Below are positions 51,298-60,253 of a DNA stretch of 64,000 nucleotides, in pieces. The stretch lies in the NCBI GenBank assembly GCA_965205015.1, contig OZ242029.1:2368001-2432000 (forward strand). Reading direction: 5' to 3'. How positions within the stretch are numbered: position 1 is the stretch's first letter; every line of letters starts with the position of its first letter. This DNA is from Candidatus Poribacteria bacterium. Lineage in GTDB: Bacteria; Poribacteria; WGA-4E; WGA-3G. Both the position numbers and the translations under genes were made by a program. The notes under the pieces were generated by a model. It searched no databases. It saw only the letters and a list, made by a program, of their open reading frames with translations, and had not been told where the DNA came from.

Positions 51298-53673
51298 TCA
51301 AAATTCAACTGTTAAACCGATGTAGGGGATAATCGGAAATTGCGGTGCTTCCTCTACCCCGTCGCCCACAGGACTATAAAACTTGATGACATTTTTGCGG
51401 TTATATACGTTCAAAATTTCAAGGAATGTGCCTATCCGCCATCCGTCTCGATTCCATGTTTTACTGACGCGTAGGTCTAACCGGTGATAGGTCGGCAACG
51501 ATGCCAGCGACCTGGTCCCTTCTTCCGTTTGAATATTACTGACAAGCGGTTGCATGCCGCGTGTCGTCGGGTCTTGAATGAGAAGGATTTTGCTGACATG
51601 TGCTCCCGATGTTCCGTTTGAATACTGCCACTTGGCACCAACCTCTAAAGTTGGACTGATGTTATAGTTGCCGACGAGGCTGATAATGTGTGTGTTATCG
51701 AAGATATAGGGTTCGTAAGGGACATCAGGATGCGTGCGCTGCTCCCTATGCGTCCATGCATAAGACAGCCAACCGAAAAACTTTTCGTTGACGCGATGCC
51801 GCAGGAACGCCTCGGCACCACCGATGAACCCTGTCCCTTGGTTAAGGTAATTGACTGTAGCCAGTAAATCGGTATGAAGAAGATCGGCATTATCCGCCGT
51901 TACCAAATCCTGCAGACTTTTGTAATAGGTTGCGAGTTTAAGTTCTGTCTGTGATGAGATTTCGTGTTCGAACTCCATAATATAATGGCTCGCAACGCTG
52001 GATTTTAAGTCTCTATTTCCATTCTTCCCGAGTACCTGATACGCCAACGGACTCTGTTCATAAGTCCCGTAAGCGAACCGGAGCGTGGAATTGTTAGGAA
52101 GTTTTACGCTCAGGCTGCCGCGCGGTTGAACAGAGAGTTCCTCCGTTAAATTGAGATAATCGAGTCTCACGCCGAGCGCAATTGACAGAAAAGAGAGGGG
52201 ATCATAACGTCCCTGTAGATAGCCTTCCGCGCGTTGAAAATTGTACGTGAATTCATCGTGGACCTTTTCAAAACGGCGTATTTCATAAGTGCCATCGTCG
52301 TAAGCGTAGAACTCTTCATCTTCTTCCAATTCAAAACGAACCTCTGGATCTGTCACTTCCTCATCAACGGGAAACTCCCGGTCTTCAAAGCTGCTTGCTG
52401 GGCTGAATGTGAAGAGCAAACCCGGTTCAAGTTGGAATTTCGGTGTGAGTTCGTAGGTTATATCTTCGCGGAGCGTATAGACAGGCACGTTAGCCTTTAG
52501 GTTGTGGTGCGCATATTCCGCGAAAATGAAGACGCGTTCGCCCTTCTCGTTAATATCAAAATTTTGACTAACAGCTGCCTGAAAATCCATATTGAGAAAG
52601 GTGAAGGCACGGGTCAAGGAGAGATGAGATGTCAGATTTTCAGTGAACTCGGAGCGGAGATGGATACCTTGTGCTTCAAAACCGTTTTTGAAATAAGCAT
52701 CAAGGTCGAGCACCCCATCTGTTTCTAATACAATGTTAAAATGGTCGTTTGCCCCGAATGCATTGAGCGTGAGGTGATGTTTTTCGGCGAGTTCGTAGAC
52801 GAATTTGAGCTGATAATCGGAGAAGTAGGGTGACACCCAATCGTCTACAAACATTCCAGCGATAAGATCAAGGTAACTCCGCCGACCAGCGGCATGGAAG
52901 TAGCCTTTATTGCCAATGCGACCCTCAAGCATTCCTTCGGAGTAGAGGACGTTAAGATTAAACTTACCGCTCAACCTCCCTTCGTCCATCCGGTCGCGGG
53001 AACGGAGGTCAAGGACAGTTTGGGACTCTAACCCGAATTCAGCACCGTAGCCCCCAGCGTATATATGGATATCGTCAATAATATTGGAACTCATCGTTGA
53101 GACAAGCCCACCGTAGTGAAACGGGTACCCCAGGGGTGTTCTGTCAAAATAGTAGAGCGTGTCTCCGGGACTACTGCCGCGAATGTAGAGGATACCGAAG
53201 AAATCGTTTGGAATGCCGATGCTTGGAAGGGTGGTCAATCCTTTGAGTGCGTCGTTGGCAGTGCCGGGGATACGAAGGAGTTCACTCCCGCGCATCTCCT
53301 TACGACTCACCGTCGGAGGGAGACGTTTCCCCTCTACGACAACCGTTTTGAGTGTAACGGCTGCACCGAGGTGTATTTTGACTTCGGTGGTATCGCCGCT
53401 GCTGATGTTCACCGATACTTTTGTAGGTGCCATTTCCGCGGGGTGTGTTACGACAAAGGTATATGTGCCTTCAGGCAGTTCTGTGAATTGGAAGACTCCG
53501 TTTTCATCGGTTTTTTGGTGTTGGTCGGTTTCGAGGATATGAACATTAGCATCTATGAGAACTTTCCCTGTGCTTCGCTGGTAGACGGTGCCTTGAACAT
53601 CGCCGGTTTGGGCTAAGGCAGAGAGTGACATGATGGTGAACACAAGCGTAACTATAACGAATCTCAACTTCAT
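51298..53673 (-). CDS. TonB-dependent receptor (paralogue)
   Basis: Same architecture; C-terminal LTVEF. Confidence 0.92.
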   Translation of the reverse strand: MKLRFVIVTLVFTIMSLSALAQTGDVQGTVYQRSTGKVLIDANVHILETDQHQKTDENGVFQFTELPEGTYTFVVTHPAEMAPTKVSVNISSGDTTEVKIHLGAAVTLKTVVVEGKRLPPTVSRKEMRGSELLRIPGTANDALKGLTTLPSIGIPNDFFGILYIRGSSPGDTLYYFDRTPLGYPFHYGGLVSTMSSNIIDDIHIYAGGYGAEFGLESQTVLDLRSRDRMDEGRLSGKFNLNVLYSEGMLEGRIGNKGYFHAAGRRSYLDLIAGMFVDDWVSPYFSDYQLKFVYELAEKHHLTLNAFGANDHFNIVLETDGVLDLDAYFKNGFEAQGIHLRSEFTENLTSHLSLTRAFTFLNMDFQAAVSQNFDINEKGERVFIFAEYAHHNLKANVPVYTLREDITYELTPKFQLEPGLLFTFSPASSFEDREFPVDEEVTDPEVRFELEEDEEFYAYDDGTYEIRRFEKVHDEFTYNFQRAEGYLQGRYDPLSFLSIALGVRLDYLNLTEELSVQPRGSLSVKLPNNSTLRFAYGTYEQSPLAYQVLGKNGNRDLKSSVASHYIMEFEHEISSQTELKLATYYKSLQDLVTADNADLLHTDLLATVNYLNQGTGFIGGAEAFLRHRVNEKFFGWLSYAWTHREQRTHPDVPYEPYIFDNTHIISLVGNYNISPTLEVGAKWQYSNGTSGAHVSKILLIQDPTTRGMQPLVSNIQTEEGTRSLASLPTYHRLDLRVSKTWNRDGWRIGTFLEILNVYNRKNVIKFYSPVGDGVEEAPQFPIIPYIGLTVEF

Positions 53674-53779
53674 TTACTCGTTTTGACCTCCGCTGCGTGC
53701 ACTAACACCGCGTGAATTCGGTATAAACACGGCATAATGCTGTGGGATACTTTGAATTGGCTAAGAAACCACTCCGGAT

Positions 53780-55852
53780 TTAGTGCCTCTTAACCGTTTC
53801 CAAAGCGTCCATTAAAAATATATGGTATTCTTTTGCATCCATATAGGGTTTATTCGATACTCCGTAAGGTAAATGATCTATCAACTCCAACTGGGGTGAT
53901 AGGACGAAAGCGTTTACGGAATAATCTGGGTTGTGTGTGAGAGTCTTTTCATAGGTTTCGGTGATCCGTGTGGCTAATTTGCTTATCTGATCACCCTTTG
54001 CTCCATTCTGAAGTTCGGGTAGATCGCTTAGTTGAAGGAACACACTGACATAGTGTTTATTGAGTAACTTGATGACCTTAGAATCAGAGAGGACAAATGT
54101 CCTCAAGGTTTTACCGGTCCCGCAGCAAGATTCATCGTCGAAAGCACCCTTTGTTAGAACGACGTGAATTGGGCGCTTCTTGGCTTGTGCTTGTGCAACG
54201 ACCCCTTCAATAGGGCACCTCTCAATTTCTGAAAACTTGTAGAAGGCAGCCTCTAACATATCCTTTGCTTCTTTTTCAGTGATGGCAGTCTTCCAAACGA
54301 TATCACGCTGATCCTGTGTGTTCCGTCCGACAAGTTCCATGCGCGGAACGAAAACCGTATCTGCTAAGTTATGGGCGTTGAGGTCAACATTGGTATTGCG
54401 AGGTGGAAGATAGAGCCAAAACTCGCGGATCGTGCCGTATTTCCGGTTGAGTATGAGTTGCCCGGTAAATTGTGCTGGGGTAAAGTAAGCACCCGCCTCT
54501 CCATCAAGTAGGAATTCGGCATGGATTCTGAAGACGATTTCGACGTAATTTGGCGAGACTGCCCGTATGCACGCATAGGCACCTTCTGACTCAAACCGAC
54601 GTGAACGAAACAGCGTCAAGCCAAAAAATTCCAGGACAAACTCTGTGCCTGGATTGCTATGCATCTCCGCAGTCGCTCCGGGATGAAATTGACGAAGAAA
54701 CGGTATAATGTTTTGAGTATCAAGGGTCCATAGGTGTCCTACGGTGAAACTTTTCTTCGGGAAAAAGACTCTGAAAGCGTCCGTCCCATATTCTTGGCTC
54801 GGGTGAGCCGGTGAAAGATTATGAAAGAGGGCAGCGTGCTTGGGCGAGTTAAGTGCGGTATCAGCAATCGGGGCCCAATATGCATCCACCTGTATTGTCT
54901 TATTTCTCTTTGGGGAATCCCCTTGGGTGTCAGATGTTGAGTCCTTCTGAGAAATCTGCGGATCCCCATTACCCTTTTCATCCTCGGACACAGTCTGTCC
55001 AATCTGATTTCGGACGGCGGGTTTAGCATCTATATTATGGATGACGGGTGCATCCACAATTTCAATTGTGGGTTGAGATGCGGCTTCAAAGTTATAAGGT
55101 TTCTGAAAGCGAACAAGATACCGATTGCTGGTCCCTAACAGGAGTATCACCAAGATAGTAAACGCACCAACAGCGATCCATGGAAGCAGGGGTTTCGTAG
55201 CCGTTGGTGGTGTGGGATCGATATCGGCGACGTGCCGCATAATGTTCTGTGTGAGATTTTCTGATAACTGAACCCCACCAAGGGTTTCCTGAATCAAAAG
55301 TTCTTGATCTGCTTGCAGGCGCTTTCGCGCACGCCGGAGCCGACTGGCAATCGTGTTCACCGATACCCCTAAGAAGTTACCTATCTCCTTGAGGGTCATT
55401 TCACCGAGATAGTAGAGCGTTACGATAGTGCGCTCGCTCTCTGGTAGTTTTTCAAGAAGTTTTTCAACGAGTTCATACCGACGTTCGATGGCTTCTGCCT
55501 CGCGCTGTTCGGAGACGTAACGTTCATAATCTGACTTTTCTGTTTCTTTCACAGGTGTCTCCTCCAACGATTGAACTGTTGGTTTCCGTTTGCGCCTCCA
55601 AGCAATGCAGTGCCGATTGGCGATAACATAGAGCCACCCCGCAAATTGATCGGGATTTTTGAGCGTTGAGAGTTTTTTATACACCTGAAGGAAGGTGTCT
55701 TGTGTAATCTCTTCAGCATAATGGAAATCCCCTATCTTCCGCCACGCAAGTGCATGAACGCTTCTTTGGTACTTTTGGACTAAGCGGCTAAACGCGGCTT
55801 CGTTGCCCGACAATATTTCGTGAATCAATTGGGCATCGTCTTCTCTGTTCAT
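53780..55852 (-). CDS. ECF sigma-70 factor fused via a TM helix to a selenoprotein N-like domain
   Basis: Region 2 (AEEITQDTF, FAGWLYVIANR) and region 4 (LPESER..EIGNFLGVSVNTIASRLRRAR); TM LPWIAVGAFTILVILLLG; SelN-like FRIHAEF, FTPAQFTG, GAFDDESCCGTGKTLR; RBS aggag before ATG 55852. Confidence 0.88.
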   Translation of the reverse strand: MNREDDAQLIHEILSGNEAAFSRLVQKYQRSVHALAWRKIGDFHYAEEITQDTFLQVYKKLSTLKNPDQFAGWLYVIANRHCIAWRRKRKPTVQSLEETPVKETEKSDYERYVSEQREAEAIERRYELVEKLLEKLPESERTIVTLYYLGEMTLKEIGNFLGVSVNTIASRLRRARKRLQADQELLIQETLGGVQLSENLTQNIMRHVADIDPTPPTATKPLLPWIAVGAFTILVILLLGTSNRYLVRFQKPYNFEAASQPTIEIVDAPVIHNIDAKPAVRNQIGQTVSEDEKGNGDPQISQKDSTSDTQGDSPKRNKTIQVDAYWAPIADTALNSPKHAALFHNLSPAHPSQEYGTDAFRVFFPKKSFTVGHLWTLDTQNIIPFLRQFHPGATAEMHSNPGTEFVLEFFGLTLFRSRRFESEGAYACIRAVSPNYVEIVFRIHAEFLLDGEAGAYFTPAQFTGQLILNRKYGTIREFWLYLPPRNTNVDLNAHNLADTVFVPRMELVGRNTQDQRDIVWKTAITEKEAKDMLEAAFYKFSEIERCPIEGVVAQAQAKKRPIHVVLTKGAFDDESCCGTGKTLRTFVLSDSKVIKLLNKHYVSVFLQLSDLPELQNGAKGDQISKLATRITETYEKTLTHNPDYSVNAFVLSPQLELIDHLPYGVSNKPYMDAKEYHIFLMDALETVKRH

Positions 55853-55870
55853 GAGGGACCCTCCTAATCT

Positions 55871-56014
55871 AATGAACAAATAATAGGGTTATAATGTTAA
55901 AGACGCGATTTTATGTCAGGAAATGTGCATTCTGAAGAAAAAAATGAACAAATAATAGGGTTATAATGTTAAAGACGCGATTTTATGTCAGAAAATGTGC
56001 ATTCTGAAAAAATG
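55871..56014 (-). repeat. 72-bp tandem duplication containing two putative ECF promoters
   Basis: aatgaacaaataatagggttataatgttaaagacgcgattttatgtcag(g/a)aaatgtgcattctgaa starts at 55871 and again at 55943. Confidence 0.9.
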
Positions 56015-56085
56015 GAAATGTATAACGATGCATCGTTCAATACAATTTTTCAATTTGCCTGAAATTTATCTATCTGTCCGTACGC

Positions 56086-56126
56086 AAAAAAGCCAAGCAC
56101 ATGGACCTCCACATGCTTGACTTTTC
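56086..56126 (-). terminator. Probable terminator after the NHL gene
   Basis: aaaag.caagca..tgg/ccacatgcttg.ctttt imperfect hairpin with T-tract on the minus strand. Confidence 0.55.
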
Positions 56127-56150
56127 TGTGTTTCAGTCTTTGTCTAAATG

Positions 56151-57164
56151 TTATTCCTGGTGCAGCGTAACCGACCGACGCGGTGGGGAAAACTGCTGCG
56201 GTGTCAGCGGTACTGCCATATTCCGATAAACCTGAACCCGGTAGGATCCGAAGTCCGGCACGAACATCAATCCCTCATCACTGACGGCGACGGATTTCGG
56301 TGAACGCAGGTATTTCTGCGGTTCCAAGTCCGCCATGTCACGCATCCGATTTGGGCTGCCGTTCGTCATCATGTAATCCTGTGACACCTTTGATAGGGTA
56401 GCATCGCCGAGGAATTTCTGCACATACCGTCCTTCGGCGTTGAAGAGCTGAATGCGATCATTGCCTCGGTCAGCGACGTAGATATCACCGTGCAGATCAA
56501 CGTCAATCCCGGCGGGACGATTGAGTTCACCGTTGCCGCTACCGGATTTGCCAAATGCGAAGAGGAATTCTCCTTCGGCGTTGAACTTTTGTACCCTGTT
56601 GTTTCGCCAATCGGAGACATAGACATCGCCGAGTTCGTCAACGGCGACGCCCCACGGCATGTCGAATTCACCTTCACCCTTGCCATGACTTCCCCATCCT
56701 GAGAGGAGCTTCCCGTCTTTCGTAAACTTCTGCACCCGATGGCTCAGACTGTCAGCGACATAGAGATTCCCGTCTGGATCGAAAGCCATACCAGAGGGAC
56801 CATTGAGCTGCCCGGGATCGGTGCCGTGTTCACCCCACGTACCGATGTGTTCACCTTCACTATTGAAGGCGACAATCCGATGCAGGTATTCATCGGAGAC
56901 ATAGAGGTTTTCTTCGCTGTCGGCGGTAATCGTCACGGGCCATGTAAATTGACCCTCACCCTGTCCATAGCCGCCCATTGTGCCGAGGTCTTCGTCCTCA
57001 ACGGTATATTTCCGAATCATCGCAGTGCCGTCGCTACGGCACATGATATAGAGACGTCCCTCTTTTCCGATTGCGATGTCAACTGGAAAATTGGTCGTCC
57101 GCCGCATGCTGAGGGTCTTGTGAAATGGATACCCGGCACGCAGCAAGCCGTAAGGTCTGCCCAT
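56151..57164 (-). CDS. NHL-repeat beta-propeller protein
   Basis: Repeated P.G.A.D..G..YV.D..N.RVQ.F. Confidence 0.9.
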   Translation of the reverse strand: MGRPYGLLRAGYPFHKTLSMRRTTNFPVDIAIGKEGRLYIMCRSDGTAMIRKYTVEDEDLGTMGGYGQGEGQFTWPVTITADSEENLYVSDEYLHRIVAFNSEGEHIGTWGEHGTDPGQLNGPSGMAFDPDGNLYVADSLSHRVQKFTKDGKLLSGWGSHGKGEGEFDMPWGVAVDELGDVYVSDWRNNRVQKFNAEGEFLFAFGKSGSGNGELNRPAGIDVDLHGDIYVADRGNDRIQLFNAEGRYVQKFLGDATLSKVSQDYMMTNGSPNRMRDMADLEPQKYLRSPKSVAVSDEGLMFVPDFGSYRVQVYRNMAVPLTPQQFSPPRRSVTLHQE

Positions 57165-57220
57165 AATTACCTCCTGCAGTTATCCCTGCGTCATTAGAAT
57201 AGCAAGTTTCAGTTTGCAAG

Positions 57221-58363
57221 CTACACTGAAAAGGGATGAATCTGTTCAAAATTCCCACCGACGATGTGCGTCGGGTCTACACCCATCCACTGCTCAAGGA
57301 GCGTTCCGTAAATACCCCGGAAGTCGATGGTGTGCTCAAGATCCTCGCCGTGTACCCAACGGGAGGGGTCGAGAGACGGATATTCTGAGTAGAGTCCACC
57401 CTTCACCCGATCGCCGATAATGAAGGCACCACCGCCGGTTCCATGGTCAGTGCCGCTGGCGTTGTCTCGGATACGTCTGCCGAATTCCGTGAAGACGTAC
57501 ATGACGATCTCTTCAGAGGCATCATGCGCCCGTAAATCCGTGAAGAACGCTTGAATGGCTTCCGTGAGTTCTGTCAGGAGTCGTGGGTGCGTCGGGACCT
57601 CATTGGCGTGGTTATCATAACCGCCGTGCTGCGTATAGAAAACACGTGTGCCGAGATCAGCGAGATGGACCCGTGCGACATCCCGCAGGCTCTTTGCAAT
57701 CGAGTTTTGTGGATATTCCACTTCGGAGGTATACATCGCTGGTGCTTTCTTGAGTTCATCGGCACCTTTAATCACATCTAACCCGGTTTGGCTGAGGTAG
57801 TCCATCACGATACCCGTGCCGACCGTACTACTGTACATCCCTTTGAATATCTCAAGAGTTTTCGTCCGTTGTCCTTCATCACCGATGCTGGTCATCAATC
57901 CGTAGTTGTCCAAATCGCCAACAGAGGTGACGGGGATGCCGGAAAGGGCACAGGCGCGGGGGAGTCCCTGTCCGAAACTGATACCCGTTAAGACGTTGTG
58001 GCTCTGCGGATCGAGTTCTCGGACGAGCCTGCCGACCCAACCTTCATCACCGATTTTCAGGGGTTCACAGGTGTGCCAGATATCCATCGCCCGGAAATGC
58101 GAGCGGTTTGAATCGGGGTAACCGATTCCCTGTACAACAGCGACCTCCCCGGCGTCAAACATCTTTTTCAGTGGGGCGGCCTGCGGGTGCCAGCCCAGCG
58201 CCTCGTCTACCTCTGAAGGTAGCACATCTTCCGCTTTGATACCGACGACTGGACGGGAATCGTGATAGATCCCGCTTGTGTAGGGAATGAGTGTATTCAT
58301 GAAGTCGTTGCCACCCGAAAGTTGCACAACGACAAGGACTGGGGCTTTCTTAGTCGTACTCAT
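57221..58363 (-). CDS. DUF1501 domain protein
   Basis: QLSGGND, NRSHF, GGYDNH, TEFGRR, GTDHG. Confidence 0.92.
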   Translation of the reverse strand: MSTTKKAPVLVVVQLSGGNDFMNTLIPYTSGIYHDSRPVVGIKAEDVLPSEVDEALGWHPQAAPLKKMFDAGEVAVVQGIGYPDSNRSHFRAMDIWHTCEPLKIGDEGWVGRLVRELDPQSHNVLTGISFGQGLPRACALSGIPVTSVGDLDNYGLMTSIGDEGQRTKTLEIFKGMYSSTVGTGIVMDYLSQTGLDVIKGADELKKAPAMYTSEVEYPQNSIAKSLRDVARVHLADLGTRVFYTQHGGYDNHANEVPTHPRLLTELTEAIQAFFTDLRAHDASEEIVMYVFTEFGRRIRDNASGTDHGTGGGAFIIGDRVKGGLYSEYPSLDPSRWVHGEDLEHTIDFRGIYGTLLEQWMGVDPTHIVGGNFEQIHPFSV

Positions 58364-58484
58364 GTCAATCTCTCCTATCGGTAGGCACACTTCATTAGCG
58401 TTTAGAATTTAATAAGGGTATTCTAAATTGGATAACCCAATATATCTTCTCATCTTCACGCAAGTGTGCCAGCCAGCCAAAACG

Positions 58485-59873
58485 TTAACCAAGTTGATAC
58501 TCTCTTGAAGCCACGATTAACTGGAGCATACTGACGATCCGTGCTTCGTTTTCCTCCGCAGCGTCATCATCCGCAAGGTTGAGTTCACCGTTCGCTTCCG
58601 CAAATTGGGTGAGATACTCACGAGTGGTGTCCCCTATCGTCAGCGGTCCAGCGAGTTCAAGGCATTTGTCCACAAACGTTTCCGGAGAAAGCGAGCTCCC
58701 ATTACTCTCTTTCAGACGTGTGATGATGTCCTGAATTCCGGGTTGTGATGTGTCGCTAACTTCGCGAACGGCAAAGTTGACGCGAGCAGTCAGCAGCCCA
58801 CCATCAATCCACTCTTTACCGGTATGCCACCCTTCTACGGTAGGTGGATCCATGAGTTTCTGTCCCATCAATTGCGTGGCGCTGGCATATTGCCCGATTC
58901 CGGGTTGCGGACCTTGGAAGGCACCTACCAGTTTCAGTATCCCCGTGACGAGTTCTGTCGGGCTTTTCACCTTCTTGAATTGGGCTTCTTTGAAAAAGTC
59001 GGAATTGAAGAGGACGCTGAGGACGTGGGAGATATGCCCATCGGATGCCATGAATGCGTCTGCGAGTGTCTCAATAGCGTCTGGATCCTGCGGTGGCGTT
59101 ACGTTCCACGACGGCACCTGTGGTTCATCTGCGACAAAGAAGTTATAGAGGTGTCTGGAGATGAATCTGGCACAAGCGGGTTGTTCGACGATGATGTCGA
59201 TGATGTCTTCACCGTTGAGGTTTCCAGTATGCCCTAAGAAGGTTTTCTCGCAGTCATCGTGTTCCTCTTCAGCGAACAAAAAGGGTGGCGTATAGTAGCC
59301 GTGCGGATACAACGGAATCGGTTGCCCGAATGTCCAGCCTGTAAAAGCGAGCGCGCAGCTCTTTATATCATCTTCACTGTAGTTGCCTACCCCTAATGAG
59401 AACAGTTCGAGGAGTTCTCTCCCGTAGTTCTCGTTGGGTTCGCCTTTGCGATTTTCGTTATTGTCGAGCCAGAAGATCATCGCCGGATCTTTGGAGAGTT
59501 CGAGTAGAATGTTTCGCATCTCGCCCATACCGACGTGCCGCAGCATATCAATCTGGTTTGAAGATGCGAGGATATGCTGATTCTTGCCTAACCCCGTTGC
59601 AAAGACATGGTGCCAGAAGAGTGCCATCTTTTCTTGCAGTGGACACCTACTGTTCAGCATCCGGTAGATCCAGATACCGACATAGGCACCTTCACCGCCG
59701 AAGTAGCGATCTAAAATGTCTTCATCAATGGGGGTCCCGCGTTCAGGATGGACGAGATCGTCCACGACGTTCTCGTAGCCTTTTTCGACGTAGGCTTCCA
59801 GCTCGGTGCGGGTTGTTCCAAACCCTGCGCGGCGCATGAGGTGCGCCATTAACGCAACATCGTTCTGTGACAT
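58485..59873 (-). CDS. DUF1800 domain protein
   Basis: HLMRRAGFG, EKMALFWH, PNENYGRELLELFSLG, PPTVEGW. Confidence 0.92.
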   Translation of the reverse strand: MSQNDVALMAHLMRRAGFGTTRTELEAYVEKGYENVVDDLVHPERGTPIDEDILDRYFGGEGAYVGIWIYRMLNSRCPLQEKMALFWHHVFATGLGKNQHILASSNQIDMLRHVGMGEMRNILLELSKDPAMIFWLDNNENRKGEPNENYGRELLELFSLGVGNYSEDDIKSCALAFTGWTFGQPIPLYPHGYYTPPFLFAEEEHDDCEKTFLGHTGNLNGEDIIDIIVEQPACARFISRHLYNFFVADEPQVPSWNVTPPQDPDAIETLADAFMASDGHISHVLSVLFNSDFFKEAQFKKVKSPTELVTGILKLVGAFQGPQPGIGQYASATQLMGQKLMDPPTVEGWHTGKEWIDGGLLTARVNFAVREVSDTSQPGIQDIITRLKESNGSSLSPETFVDKCLELAGPLTIGDTTREYLTQFAEANGELNLADDDAAEENEARIVSMLQLIVASREYQLG

Positions 59874-60111
59874 GTTCACCTCCGATGCGTTCACCGTGAG
59901 GAGGTCCCTCACGTTAGTAACTTTCGATGGAATACCGTTCTGATGTGCGGTTCTGTGCAAGCCTATAGAGGCTTGCAGGACAATGGATTGCAGAAACCAC
60001 TATAAGATTGCCTGTATCTTATAATTAAAATAAAAAAATGTCAAGTTTTTTGTTTTCCGTAACTGTAGGGATCTGTCTCTCCTGTAGGAGGGATTTCCGA
60101 ATCCCGACTCG

Positions 60112-60253
60112 TAACTGAAAACTAATTTTTACATTTTTTTTCAGATTATGCACAGTTCGTATTCTAAAAATGTGTCTTTAATAATAAAGGGAACTCTCTT
60201 TCTAAACGTTCTTAGATCAAACACACATTTTTTAGACGAAACAGGAGAAAAAA
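60112..60253 (+). promoter_or_regulatory. Conserved ~140-bp leader, copy 1, with TGCACA-N19-GTCTTT and RBS
   Basis: Near-identical to 63497-63638; partial copy at ~61331-61384. Confidence 0.8.

Noticed and set aside
54122-54124. In-frame UGA selenocysteine codon in the SelN-like domain
   Set aside because: The codon is TGC (Cys) and the ORF is uninterrupted, so this copy is not a selenoprotein
55871-56014. CRISPR-like repeat
   Set aside because: Only two abutting 72-bp units with no unique spacers, and no cas genes in the window
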